Source of the DNA: Octopus vulgaris
Lineage: Eukaryota
DNA: 64,000 nt
Reading direction: 5' to 3'
Assembly: GCA_951406725.2 (NCBI GenBank)
Contig: OX597828.1
Location: forward strand, 23,250,001 to 23,314,000
Shown here: piece by piece, positions 29,093-43,840 of the stretch
Layout: each line of letters opens with the position of its first letter
Position numbering within the stretch: position 1 is the stretch's first letter
Translations under genes and position numbers: made by a program
Notes under the pieces: generated by a model
Told to the model about the DNA's origin: nothing
The model's input: only the letters and a program-made list of their open reading frames with translations
Database searches by the model: none

Positions 29093-29315
29093 GTAATCCC
29101 TCGCCATATTGCGGTTCACCTATCGCGGTTTATTATTTAAGCTTACGTCGATTCCGCCGTCGTGTTGTCTGGAACTTATAATAAAATAAATATATACAAA
29201 TTATAAAAATAATTTTTTAAAATATATACAAGACAAAACTGTTTCTACTTCGCAGATTTTTACCTATCGCAGCGGGTTTTGGAACGTAACACCCGCGATA
29301 GTCGAGGGATTGCTA
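29091..29315. mobile_element. pogo/Tigger-type MITE
   Basis: TIRs tagtaatccctcgccatattgcgg and ccgcgatagtcgagggattgcta (CAGTA.TCCCTCG type), embedded in TA repeats. Confidence 0.8.
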
Positions 29316-29659
29316 TATATATTTGACTCAGCTTGTGTTAAGTTTGACTTGGTCATCAACTTGAAAACAGCAATGCGTCAACCTGCGTGTGGTGCTCTTT
29401 GTAACCCTCCCCAAAAACCGTTGCTCGATTAAGCTAGGTATCTTGTACTTTATTTGTCACTGGGTTCCAGGGCATTTCTAACGAAAGCCGTCGTCATATT
29501 GTGCAAGCCGTATTCGACATAAAATACTCGCTCGAGCATCGCTGATACGTGTCAGCGACGGCCGTGCTCGTCTGACAAGTAGACAGCCATCATAATCTGT
29601 GTATATGAATACACCTCCACATCCACACACCCACACCTACATACATGCACTTCCCACAC

Positions 29660-29722
<63 letters not shown>

Positions 29723-29905
29723 GTCTATTGACTATATTATGCATGCTAGCCACCTGGCTACAAAATTTCTCTTGTTTCTCTACCCTATATATATGTGTGT
29801 GTGTGTGTGTGTCTGTGTGTGCATGTGTGTGTGTGAAAGATCAAAAAGAAAATGGCGATTTTGGAGTTAATAAGAGTTTATTATCGGCAACAAATCAACC
29901 AGTAT

Positions 29906-29982
29906 GCCTTACAGCTGTTTCAATTACGAAACGGTGAAATTCATTAAATATTCAATTCATATTTCTGAGCATAATCTTCATT
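29906..29982 (-). ncRNA. Degenerate hammerhead motif with long loop II
   Basis: Minus strand reads aTGAAGA-ttatg...cgtaat-tGAAAC-agct-GTA-aggc. Stem I and C3 are lost. Confidence 0.35.
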
Positions 29983-30141
29983 TTCTTCTTCCTTTGCATG
30001 AATATAAACTACAGTTTATATACAAAACCTATTATTTTAAGGAAATCAATTTTCCCCAAAATATTAGGCATTGAACTAGTATTTCCTTGGATGTCACCAT
30101 CCTTTCATGAGGCCATAATAACATCTAAATCATATATATAT

Positions 30142-30301
30142 AGGAGTGGCTGTGTGGTAAGTAGCTTGCTTACCAATCACATGGTTCCGGGTTCAGTCCC
30201 ACTGCGTAGCACCTTGGGCAAGTGTCTTCTGCTATAGCCTCGGGCCGACCAATACCTTGTGGGTGGATTTGGTAGATGGAAACTGAAAGAAGCCTGTCGT
30301 A

Positions 30302-30356
<55 letters not shown>

Positions 30357-30574
30357 ATGTATATGTTTGTGTGTCTGTGTTTGTCCCACTAGCATTGCTT
30401 GACAACCGATGCTGGTGTGTTTACGTCCCCGTCACTTAGCGGTTCGGCAAAAGAGACCGATAGAATAAGTACTGGGCTTACAAAGAATAAGTCCCGGGGT
30501 CGATTTGCTCGATTAAAGGCGGTACATCAGCATGGCCGCAGTCAAATGACTGAAACAAGTAAAAGAGTAAAAGA
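30142..30574 (+). mobile_element. SINE family A, full length
   Basis: End-to-end match to the other family A copies. Confidence 0.9.
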
Positions 30575-30578
30575 TATA

Positions 30579-31089
30579 TCTATATATATAAAACTGTAGT
30601 TGTGTGAGTGTCTGTCCCCTTCGATTTAGATTCCTAACTACTCCTACATTTTGCGGTGCAGTTTAACCAAATTCGGGTATCTTATAGTCGTGATTCATAT
30701 CGAGCCCGTCTGAGTATTAGCGCGCGTCTACGATGAGGCTACGATTTTAAAAATAATTTAACATAATTTTTTATTCCATTTTAATGCATAATTTTTCGTG
30801 TGTCGATGGCGGCGGAGTTGGCGTCCATGGTCACACCTACACCTGTTTGCTTCTCCCCCTTCTTCCCTCCCTCGTGAAGCTGTGGGGAAGGGAGTGTAAG
30901 GAAATCAACGTCGTAAAGCGTTGTCAAGGAGACCAGCGTTCTTTTAGAACAACGACTTCATGGCTTGAAGACACCAAAACAGAAATGGCTAAGAAAGCCC
31001 GAATTGGCATCTATAAGGGAAGTAACTCTCTAAAAATGCTTATATAGATATTTCCCTTACAAACCGTGCAACGCCGGGCGATACAGCTA

Positions 31090-31090
<1 letters not shown>
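30579..31090 (+). mobile_element. Non-autonomous Helitron, long variant (512 bp)
   Basis: A|TC start, ccgtgcaacgccgg hairpin, CTAG|T end. Near-identical to 35258-35773. Confidence 0.9.
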
Positions 31091-31123
<33 letters not shown>

Positions 31124-31177
31124 TGTTGCTTATTTTTGATTATACATATGAGAGAGAGGGACAGAGAGAGGGTGAGT

Positions 31178-31208
<31 letters not shown>

Positions 31209-31862
31209 TTTGTATAAGTTGGGAGGTAGATAGATGGACAAACAAAACTAGCTGATGGGGAAATGAAGCCCATGACACTGGACTTCGTAGCAAATGATAA
31301 ATAGAAAGCCTGCTACATTCATTCAAATCAAACATGTTTAGTTAACAATCTGCCATCATTATGCTTAACCCAAATTACTGTAAGCTAAGCATCACCCTTT
31401 CTCGAGCATACAATTTAAGAGCGGTGAAAACTTTTATAATTTCAGCTGTTTGAAGATTTTCAACGATGCAGATAATTCCTATTGGATATGATTTTACCTT
31501 TGGAATAATATCTTTGGAGGCAGTTTGACCTCATGCCTGATTCATATTTCCCTAAACGTATTACACATATGCCTAAGGGGAAAACCTGAGGGGTTGCGTT
31601 GCTTATATAGAATATAAATAAAGATGCTGGTCAGATATCTTTGTATTTATTGTATGTTTAATATTCCTGTGAGGTATTTTAGGTCTAACACCGCCATATT
31701 GCATGATCTTCATATTCGTTTTCACCAAATTCGCACACACATACACACGCATGTATTAACATTGACAAATACGCATGCACACACGTACACACATACGCCT
31801 GTATATTTATATATATATGTGTGTGTGTGTGTGTACAGAGAGAGAGAGAGATATGGATATAT

Positions 31863-31909
<47 letters not shown>

Positions 31910-32085
31910 TAGATAAACTGTCATAATGATACTGGTATATAAGGTTGGATTCAAGCATCGCTCTCTTTCCCGCTTTCTTTCTCTCTCTCTCTCACTCTCT
32001 TTCTTTCTTTCTCTCTCACTCTCCTTCTTTCTCTCTTTCTCTCTCTCTCTCACTCTCTTTCTTTCTTTCTCTCTCACTCTCCTTC

Positions 32086-32145
<60 letters not shown>

Positions 32146-32996
32146 ACACTCACGCACACACGCTTTGTTCAGATTCTCCGTCTATCGATCTTTCTCTCTC
32201 CCCTTATTAGACAACAAATGAAGATGAATTGTATCTTATAAGTAGATTCACTCAGTAATATAAGCAAAACATCAGACAGGCCAGTATAAGCACCTACATA
32301 CACACACACACACAGGTATATATATATATATATATATATATACATACCTACATACATATATAGAGAGAGTGAATATATATCCACAAATATCGATGTATTT
32401 GTCTACCCATTTAGGTTTCTAAATATCTTTGTCTGTGTGTTTCTCTATTTTTCACTTGCAATTTATTGTCTGTGATTATTAGTTCCTCTCTGCTTATATT
32501 TCACCCTATAATTTCACGTCTTATCAGTGCCGTCTTTTACGTTGTCATCGAAATAGTTTCTTTTCCTCTCTCTTAAGCGCCGAATCCTTTATATTCTACT
32601 CTCCGTTTTCTCTACGTTACTCTTCAGAATTTCTTACAATTTTCTTTCTTCATTCATTCAATTCCTTTTTGGTTCTCTCTATATATTTTAATATTTATAC
32701 ATATTGCCCTATAAATTATAAATGATTACTTCACTCTAAGTATCTACTTCAGTTGACCTACATAATCACGTTCGTATATATATATATATCAATGACCATA
32801 CACATGTAGTGAGTTACATACGCACACATATATACATACACACGCACATAAATATAATCAGGATTGTACATATATATGCAATATGTAATATATATATATA
32901 TATATATAAATGCACATAAAAAGTCGCGTAACTGTTTCACAAACATATATATTCAGACAATAGTACAGATAAACCTATATTATATATCTATGTGTG

Positions 32997-33051
<55 letters not shown>

Positions 33052-33157
33052 ATTCATACACATATATATATATATACGTGCACACACAAAAACACACATA
33101 TAATATATGTATACCTCTTTCTCTCTCTTTCTATCTCTCTCTTTCTATCTCTCTCTT

Positions 33158-33191
<34 letters not shown>

Positions 33192-33559
33192 TGTATATAT
33201 ATATATATGTGTGTGTGTGTATGCGTGCGTGTGTGTGTGTGTATTTGTGTGTGTGTGTGTGTAATTTTTTCTATAGTACAATATTTATTTACAGCTATGA
33301 CGAGCTTTTATTTAGTGAAGGGGCCCATAATATTTTTTTAGTAGACGCGTGTTTGGTCTTTCGCGCAGCGCATGCGCACGATCTCTATTTCTTTGCTTGT
33401 ATAGAGATCTATATATGTAGCATAATCCTTCATGTGTACCAATTTCGTCATTTTATTTACATTACTCACAACATTCCAGCTACTGTATTCACCTTTCTTC
33501 TTTCATCTGCTTCTTGTATTCGGCATTATTATCCTAATTGTAAACGGACGTCGGTGAAA

Positions 33560-34100
33560 CAGACTTACATTTAGCCAGTAAGTCTCCGAACGATACTGAG
33601 AAAAAAATTATGACTATTAGAAGTACCATTCACCGTGGTTTAGTTGTCCTTTAAAACTACCATTGGCTTTCAAGAAAGCAGATATCAAATTGAAATATTA
33701 AGAAATTTTCAAGAATTTAAAACGTTAACCGAAAATATACCTCGAAAATATGTCAGACGAAACCAAAAAAAAAAAAAAAAAAATTGCGCTCCAGACAATC
33801 TGAAGATAGTATCCAAAGTGGTGTCTATTCCTTGTGGACATATCTCTCAAGGAAAACCGGCATCAAACGGTGATTTGCCAGACGTATACTCGTATCTCAT
33901 CTCATTTGTGACAGATGACATACATCACCTCCTACATTCCTAATTAGTGAAACGACAAGAAAATCTGGAACAAGTAATAATTTTTAAAGAGAAATTGGAC
34001 TGTAATTCATTTGTGAAGAACAAAGAGAATGGAAAGTTGAGTAAAAGATATGGAATATACTATGAGTGAACTACCTAACGCATGCGCTGTGTTATCAGTA
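33560..34100 (+). mobile_element. Possible highly decayed Penelope-like ORF remnant (thumb to GIY-YIG region)
   Basis: IRSTIHRGLVV at 33616 (compare PLE I.SL.HRA..IC) and KVVSIPCGHISQGK at 33815 (compare VVY.IPC.CG..Y.G.T). Weak similarity only. Confidence 0.3.
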
Positions 34101-34297
34101 TGACTATAAAACAACATTCTCTAATGATGGACGAAAGAAAATTATTTAGCCTACGATCATGTAATTGCTACATATACAAGCTCAATTTTATCGTATATAT
34201 TTTTATCCTATTCAAAATTAGCATACGTTATATAAGAGTAAGTTAAGTCTTATATATGGTTGGGTTCTTTTTTATCAATATTGTCGCTAGTTTAACA

Positions 34298-34500
34298 CGA
34301 GCTGGCAGGAATGTGAGCGCGCTGGACGAATACTTAGCGGTATTTCGCCCGTCGCTACGTTCTGAGTTAAATTTGCGCCGAGGTCGACTCTGCATTTCGA
34401 CCTTTCGAGGGTCAATAAATTAAGTACCAGTTGAACACTAGGGTCGATGAAACTGACAAGCACACTCTCTCAAAATTCCTGCGCCAAAATTTGTAACCAA
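34298..34500 (+). mobile_element. SINE family C
   Basis: cgagctggcagga...acgttctgagtt...gaggtcgactctgcatttcgacctttcg...taagtaccagtt. Confidence 0.8.
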
Positions 34501-34765
34501 TATAGTCTTTAGTTTAAGATAAAAGAGCATGCAATAGCCCTACCATAAAATTACTATTAGGAGATTCTCCCATATATGGATAACGAAATGTGGGCCACTT
34601 ACTCTCGTTGCCTCAAAAAAGGGGTTGCATTTGAAGTATCGGAATATAACAAACTGGTGCCTAAACTAGACAGGAATAACGTGTTTACTTCGTTTATATT
34701 AACCAGCATCTTTGAAATTTAGGTATGCATTTCTCCACACACGTGACCTGCTTCTATGCACGTGC

Positions 34766-34797
<32 letters not shown>

Positions 34798-35092
34798 ACA
34801 CTCACAAACACTATAATAAATCTTAGCATTTCATCTTCAGAGACACGTTGGTTAGAATTAAGAACAATAAACCCTAAGTTACAGTACTAAATATCATCAC
34901 GCTTGTTTTATATTTTAAAACAGTAATGCAAGACGTAGGGACTTTGAAGAAAGTAAAGAGAATTTTGTTTTGGTGAGCTAACCGTTTTACTAATAGACAC
35001 ACTCACACACACACACACACACACACACAGACGCTCGGAAACAATCCCTTGCACATACAGACACATAGATACATATATACATATATAAATAC

Positions 35093-35136
<44 letters not shown>

Positions 35137-35171
35137 ATATATATATATAAAATATACATTCATCTATCTAC

Positions 35172-35245
<74 letters not shown>

Positions 35246-35257
35246 CTATATATATGA

Positions 35258-35773
35258 CTAGCAGTATCGCCCGGCGTTGCTCGGGTTTGTAAGGGAAATA
35301 ACTATATAAGCATTTTTAGAGAGTTACTTCCCTTATAGATGCCAATTCGGGCTTTCTTAGCCATTTCTGTTTTGGTGTCTTCAAGCCATGAAGTCGTTGT
35401 TCTAAAAGAACGCTGGTCTCCTTGACAACGCTTTACGACGTTGATTTCCTTACACTCCCTTCCCCACAGCTTCACGAGGGAGGGAAGAAGGGGGAGAGAA
35501 GCAAACAGGTGCAGATGTGAGCGTGGACGCCAACTCCGCCGCCATCGACACACGAAAAATTATGCATTAAAATGGAATAAAAAAATTATGTTAAATTATT
35601 TTTAAAATCGTAGACTCATCGTAGACGCGCGCTAATACCCAGAGGGGCTCGATATGAATCACGACTATAAGATACCCGAATTTGGTTAAACTGCACCGCA
35701 AAATGTGGGAGTAGTTAGGAATCTAAATCGAAGGGGACAGACACTCACACAACTACAGTTTTATATATATAGA
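35258..35773 (-). mobile_element. Non-autonomous Helitron, long variant (516 bp)
   Basis: Reverse complement of 30579-31090 with TC...CTAG ends at an A|T site. Confidence 0.9.
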
Positions 35774-36054
35774 TATATTAGTAAGTAAAAGCAGGAAAAA
35801 ATTACACGTCCATAGTATAAATATTGTTGTACTAATAAATAAATATGTAAAGTATAACTATGATTATTTAATAAAATTTGAGATATCTTACGATCGTTTC
35901 ATGAATTTATTGTCTTTCGTAATGAAATCTTAAATTGATATTCATTATTAGGTTGCACATCCACTCATCAGAGAAAAAGATAAATTACCGTGTGGTCAAT
36001 CAAATGATAGAGATGCTATTTCAAAGGTTATTAGTATAGACGTGTATTTGTATA

Positions 36055-36125
<71 letters not shown>

Positions 36126-36287
36126 GGGTTTAGCAACAATTTGTTTCACCACATACCGAAAATTTAGAAATAGTAGCCAAAGGCAGCTAATTCTTTTAAC
36201 TATAGATATGCCTCCACAGACAACAATATTTGTAACTCAAATAGACAAAAAGAAGAAAAAATAACGAAAGCAAACAGTCTACGATTA

Positions 36288-36345
36288 ATTACGTACGCGT
36301 TTCGGGATTAGAATTATAAAAATTCATTTCCTTCATCGGCATAAT
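36288..36345 (-). ncRNA. Minimal type I hammerhead ribozyme (CCGAUGA core variant)
   Basis: Minus strand reads attatg-CCGATGA-a ggaaatgaatt tttat aattctaatccc-GAAA-CGCG-TA-cgtaat. Stem I has 6 bp and stem III is the palindrome ACGCGT. Confidence 0.72.
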
Positions 36346-36394
36346 ATTTCGTGAATTAGAGAGAGAAAGAGAGAGAGAGAGATAAAGAGATGGA

Positions 36395-36426
<32 letters not shown>

Positions 36427-36814
36427 AATAAAGAAAGAAAGAAAGAAAGAAAGAAAGAAACATGCATTCATACAAGTATCAGCACGTTACTAACAGTTCA
36501 ATACACAATGCTATTACCGTTTCATCCAAATCAAATACACACACACACAAACACACACACACAAACACAAACACACGCACATCTGCACACACACTCACAC
36601 AGACATTGACAAATTCATACCTACAAACACAGAACATTAATCCATTCATACACGGAGGACTAAAAAAGGATAGCCGCCATAATTCTAACGATCCATTCGG
36701 CCTCGTCCACCTCGCTTACCAAGATTCATTTCTCATTTCACGCTAGATCATAATGCCAGTACAGACATACAAGAGGGATGCCAAATATTTTTAAAGACAA
36801 GTATAATTGTGTAT

Positions 36815-36878
<64 letters not shown>

Positions 36879-37204
36879 TAACAATACAATAAAACAAAAA
36901 TAAGCAGAAGCAGAAACGAAATGGCTGAATTAATAGAGGCAGAGTGGTTTTCGGGAAAGTTAAGAGTCCCGAAGCGGAATAGTCCCATCCGTTTAGAGAT
37001 CAGTGTTGTTTAATGTACCAAGCTGACTGCGTTCAATCGAAATCGAGGCTTTACTAATTTACGAAAGTCTCAACAACGCATTCTCCGTCGAACTGGGTAG
37101 GGAAAAATGGCGGGCTTTTCCATTATCTGTACGGAAATACACACGCAGATACGCTCATGCATATTTATATATAGAAATATGAAGCCATATATGCATACAA
37201 ACAT

Positions 37205-37287
<83 letters not shown>

Positions 37288-37337
37288 TGTGTGTATGCCT
37301 GTCTGTCTGTATGTATATATATACTTACATTTATATT

Positions 37338-37400
<63 letters not shown>

Positions 37401-37969
37401 TCCTTTGTTTGTGAATATACTTGCATTAATGTACGCATGCACACATGCACGCCATTGCAAACATGCACACATATACATATATATTCGTATCGATATGCAC
37501 ACGTACCTGTGTTTGTGTGTGTATGTGTATATATATATACACACACATATTTTATGTATGTTTATATAAATATATATATATATATGTATATATATGCCCG
37601 TATATATGTGTGTGTGGGTTTGTATGTGTGTGCGTATATATGTGTGTGTATGTGTGTGCGTTTGTGTGTGAGTTTGTGTTTGGGTATGCGGAAGCTTGCT
37701 TCAATATAAGAGTGACTCTTGTTTTCTAAAATGCAAACAAACGCACATAATGCGCATAATTTGTTTGTAACGCCTATAGTTGTAAAGCATATTACGCACA
37801 TCTTGTACCACATTAGCTCTCAAATCCAGAAAAAACACACATATGCGTACATATACAAACAAGCGCATATATATATATATATATATATATAAACACTCAC
37901 ACACATAAATGCATGTATATATATACGATGTATATAAATGCAGCGTATATATACGAATGTACTCACATG

Positions 37970-38016
<47 letters not shown>

Positions 38017-38073
38017 ATATATATATATGAGTATATACATATATACACACATACACATGTATGTTTACATATT

Positions 38074-38118
<45 letters not shown>

Positions 38119-38158
38119 GTATATACGAACACATAAAAAACATTAGTTATCTGACAAC

Positions 38159-38227
<69 letters not shown>

Positions 38228-38556
38228 AGTGTGTGTGTGTGTAAGTATTGTGTTTCTCCATATGTGTGCTCGCTCACACATATATCCTTGGGGTCTGTTT
38301 CAAAGTTCATTTGCAGCGTATTATTTGTAATTTCGTATATAAACCAGTTAGAGTCATTTGGATATTTCGTACTAGATTGCTCGTATAATGTGTTGTATCT
38401 TCAGGTTTTGTAGCTGGTTACCTGCATTTAAAACACTCAGATCAGCACACCCAGATATATCATTACGAATGCTTTCCTGTATCTGTATTGTGTGGAAGTT
38501 ATATACATACCTACACACACACACATCTTACACATAAATGCACTTCACGTATTTGC

Positions 38557-38593
<37 letters not shown>

Positions 38594-39011
38594 TTTATAT
38601 ATATAGACACAGACATATATATATATGTACTTATATTTACGTATATAACTATGTGTGTGTGTAAATTCCTTTATGGTCATAGAGACAAGAAGAGAGAACC
38701 ATTGCTGTATAGAAGAATTAGCAAAGTGTTGTATTAAGTAAAGACTTTATGGCTATAATATTTCCGAAGACTAAAATTTCCATTATTAGTGCTTTGCTAT
38801 ATCTTTTATATTCACATGCACGGAAACAGATTCGTATACGTACATATTAGGATTATATGCATAAATACACACTCTCGGCAAATATATATGTGCGTAAGTA
38901 TAAATGATTGGATAGCTGTTTCAATGCAATGTGAAGAGGGAAATGAGTACTGAGAAGAAAATCGAAATCATGTGTAAACGTTATATATATACACACACAC
39001 ATATATGTATA

Positions 39012-39085
<74 letters not shown>

Positions 39086-39675
39086 CGTTTATATATTTGT
39101 TTTACAAGAATTTTTTATGTGAAATTGTTTGTTGAAACAGGTATTGTTGTATTTAGGAATGGTCATTTTGCCACTTTAGCCAATAAAAGCACATGCACCA
39201 TATATTTGATGTTACATTAATCTCAATCTTATTTCTGGCCGAAATAAGATTAAGATTAATGTAAAAAGAATAAATAACGCTGAAGCAAAGTATCACCAAA
39301 TATATAGTGCGTTTGTTTTTATTGGCTAAACTGGCAAAATGATCATTCCTAAATACAACTATATATATATATATATATGTATATATCTGTTCCACTGTGT
39401 GTGTCGAAGAATCCATAAATCAGGAAGAGATGTACTCGTACATATGTCAATAGAATGGGTATATTAATCGATATGTACAGAATTATAGATCCACTGCGGC
39501 CGGTCTTACGGTGTGTGTCTCTGTGAGTGCGTTTTGTGTATGTTGTGATCCAACACTTTGCTGTATCCCCAGATATTCGTGGTGGGAGGTCCGAAGCTGG
39601 TGAACTGATCGAGAAGTGTGGGTTCGTCTGTGTCTGTGTGTGTGTTTTGTGTGATTGTTCATGTCTGATGCATGT

Positions 39676-39752
<77 letters not shown>

Positions 39753-40757
39753 TGTATATGCGTTTGTGTGTGCGTATGCGCGTTTGTGTGTATTGGCACA
39801 TACCTGCATGATACAAGTATTGAGTACTTGTTATATTGATGACTTTACACAAAGCATCGAATTAATGAAATTCACCAAAATATCTTGTGTTATATTGTGT
39901 TGGGTGAAGAGAAGAAGAGAGAAGGTATAAGTCATATAATGTCAAATTCCTTTCACTCGGGTTCTTATGTTTAACCCTACTGAGCAGTACTTTGAACAAA
40001 TGCCATCTTCGACCTTAGTTACTTGACAACCCAAAACGTTAACCTAAAATTCTGTGGCCACGATATCGAATGCCACAGCGACTGATGTGTTGCGAATCCA
40101 ATTTCTAGAGCAGCAGTAACAGCGTAATATCTTTGAACCAAGGCAGCTAGGGATTCCATTCCTCTGCGCACTACTTTGAATAAATGGTATTTTATGCCTT
40201 ACTATGAGATCAACATAGTTCTTATACGTGACATTTACCAGATACACAAGCAATACTTACCTTCAAGCGCGTGTCCGTGTAGTTGCATCAGAAATAATGG
40301 ATTCTTATATCGAGTATGGATCTGTTAAGAACACGGTGAAGTGTATTTTGAGGAAGATTTGGCTGTTAAGTTTGGCAGCTCAAGTGACCAAACAGAAGAT
40401 TTCAAGCTGACCGTTGCTGTTGTTAGTCAGATAGATATCGGTGATGTTTTTGGTGTCGTTGGTATCATTGTTGATGCCGTTGTTGCCATATTGTCCAATC
40501 CCTCCTGCAACCAAGGTCATTCACATTTAGATTCATCCAAGCATGACGCCCCAGTTGATTTATTTTGCAATATCTTTTTCATACTCATTTATTGTATTAT
40601 TTAATGAGAAACCTTTTTTTTCCTTAGTCGCGAGTGAAAACATACTTTCTATTTCTTACATGAAAAGATAACATTCGATATGACAACATTCCAAAGTTAG
40701 TAAGAGATGAGATACATTCATAATTACAAATTCCATTTATAAACAGAGATAATAAAA

Positions 40758-40775
40758 ATAATAATAATGATGATG

Positions 40776-40863
<88 letters not shown>

Positions 40864-40897
40864 TAATAATAACAACAACAACAACAACAACAACAAC

Positions 40898-40940
<43 letters not shown>
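40758..40940. repeat. (TAA)n/(CAA)n microsatellite
   Basis: Read directly. Confidence 0.95.
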
Positions 40941-40941
<1 letters not shown>

Positions 40942-41236
40942 GCATAATATTCAAAACGCTGTTGGATAATGTATAGGAAATATTAACACTTTCAAGGAAA
41001 GAGAAATTCTTTTAGTTTCGAAAAATAAAAGTAAGCAACAAAAATCGGCATCTATCAAAGAACTAATAGAAAAAAAAATCAAATAAATAACTAATAGACA
41101 AAATATGTTAAAGGGAATAAAATAAAAATGACAGCGATAAAGAATATATAAAAAACGATTCAAGATAACATATCAACTAAAATTTCGATAAATTATACAT
41201 ACATACATACATACATGTATGTATATGTATATATAT

Positions 41237-41322
<86 letters not shown>

Positions 41323-41850
41323 AAGACGAATTTGAAATGTAAGGTAAAAACGAAAAATGATAATTCAGCATCATATGATGTACATGGTGGTAGTGATGAT
41401 GATGGTGATGATGATGATGATGGTGCTGGTGCTGGTGGTGGTGGTGGTGGTGATCATCATCATCATGATCAAGATGATGATGATGATCGTGATGAGCATG
41501 ATGATGATCATGATCATGATGATGCAGCAAAAATAAAAACGTGAGAGTATTTAAAATACGAAGCACCGTCTCGTTGCTTCTAGCGTCGTTGATAAAGCTC
41601 GATATTCAGAAATGAGATTTGTATTTATCTTGAATATATATTAAATTATTGTAGCTGTCTTCTTTTTTCATTTTTAATTATTTGTTTTTTCAAATGTTTG
41701 GCATTTTCAAAGAATTACCTTTCAAACACTAGTCAACCACAGTTACAAAGGTTATACCTTTCCAGAACATACGCCATTTGCATGATCATGTGTACATGTA
41801 TATATATATATATACATATATATTTGAAATTATATGTGTGCATGTGTGTG

Positions 41851-41904
<54 letters not shown>

Positions 41905-42106
41905 CAGGACAGAAATATGCCGTAAGTAATATTATACTTTGTACAGAATCAGAAACTGAAAATTAACTAGTATACAATATAGATAATGAAACGTATTCTC
42001 CAACCGTGCCACACAGGATTGTACGTAGAAAAACTTCAAACAAAACACACAAATGTCTACTTATCTTTGCTTACATACACACACACACATATATAAACAT
42101 ACTAAC

Positions 42107-42189
<83 letters not shown>

Positions 42190-42456
42190 ATATGTGTGTG
42201 TGTGGATGTGATATTTTAAAGAATGTGAATTCATTAACGAGGTATTATAAATTCAGTTTAATCTCAATGTTTTATGGAAACCACATCTGCCCCGAGTATT
42301 TTTCTATCTAAAGAGCAAAGACAAGACAATGTCTTAAACGAACTATCCTTCATTTTTAATAAGTCGGATTGGAAGTGTTTTGTAATTCTCCCATTAAGTA
42401 TCAGTTTCGGTAACACATTACATTACACAAAGGCAGAGACGTCACACAAGGCAAGA

Positions 42457-42495
<39 letters not shown>

Positions 42496-42634
42496 TAAAC
42501 ACACACATATTCACACACGCACGTATATTCAAACACAAGCATAATTTGGATTGGGGCTGTGTTTCTTTTTTTCTTTTAAGTAAACTAGAGTAGAGGAACA
42601 TGGAAATATAATCACTGTCATAGTGGGGGGGGGA

Positions 42635-42730
42635 TGAATAAGTCCTGGGCCGATTTGTTGGACTAAAGTCGGTGCTCCCGCATAGCCGCAGTCGAATTAC
42701 TGAAAACTGTAGAACAATAAACAATAGAAG
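42635..42730 (+). mobile_element. SINE family A, 3' tail only (5'-truncated)
   Basis: gaataagtcctgggccgatttg...ggtgctcccgcatagccgcagtc matches the family A tail. Confidence 0.7.
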
Positions 42731-42910
42731 TATACATAGTTATATATATATATATATATATATACTTTTATTAATTTATTCTTTTTATGTATCTCCACCA
42801 GATCGCAGTGTTAAATGCTGAAGCACCATTTTTTAAAATTATAAATACAGACACAAACACGTACACGTATTTAGCATACATATGCATATATAATTATATA
42901 TAAATAAATA

Positions 42911-42974
<64 letters not shown>

Positions 42975-43309
42975 CAAACATATATACATACATACATACA
43001 TACATACATACATACATACATACATACATACATACATACATACATACATACATACATACATACATACATACATACATACATACATACATACATTCATATA
43101 TGAATTACTATTGGAACTTACATACCATGTACAGGAAACATTTTTACCACTTCGAATAATGGAACTGCAACTACAATATCTTTACAAATTTTATATTTTA
43201 TTTCTACTTTCATTCACTTATTCCCCTCTATATTCCCAATATCTTCCTTTTCCATTATAATTCCTTTTTACGAACTCAAATATTTACCTCCATTTAGCCA
43301 TGTCACATT

Positions 43310-43357
43310 GGCTTTGATGAAGGGATATCAATAATATCCCAGAAAGAACTGTAAGAC
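43310..43357 (+). ncRNA. Degenerate hammerhead motif
   Basis: ggct-TTGATGA-a gggatat caata atatccc a-GAAA-gaactg-TA-agac. A 7-bp stem II is intact; the core and stem III are mutated. Confidence 0.45.
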
Positions 43358-43441
43358 TATATCTATAACTTTTTCCTTATAAATGTCCTGAAAACTCCTC
43401 TCAGCCTTGGCTTTATTGTCATTTTCTCAAATATATATACA

Positions 43442-43482
<41 letters not shown>

Positions 43483-43840
43483 CTGCCAGAGGGAGTGTTT
43501 GTCCAGGATAGGACTACACAGCCACAACAGGTGATATATTAGGACGTGAAATGTAAAAGCCGAACTAGATTATTTTGTGCGCATCTCCATTGTCTCCCGA
43601 GACAAAAAGGTTGCCAGCAACAATATACATACATACTAATTATGTGCCATTGTGAGGGTACACATGCGGAGAATATATACATGAAATGAGTGTATATTTG
43701 AATGAAGATAGAATATTGCGTTGCTCATTCTATAAGATTTGTGTTCTAACCATAGCTGGATTCTCACAATATTTAGGATACATATGTCCTGCTTGGGGAC
43801 ATAATTTATACTTAAAAAAAAAAAAAACCCAAAACATAAT

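Noticed and set aside
30784-35553. Two ORFs sharing LPSLVKLWGRECKEINVVKRCQ...
   Set aside because: The identity reflects two copies of one Helitron; the upstream frames differ and there is no evidence of coding selection.
40261-40321. Possible minus-strand 61-nt exon with a gtaagt donor; a similar donor lies near 55666
   Set aside because: Too short, no recognisable peptide, and such signals are expected by chance in 64 kb.
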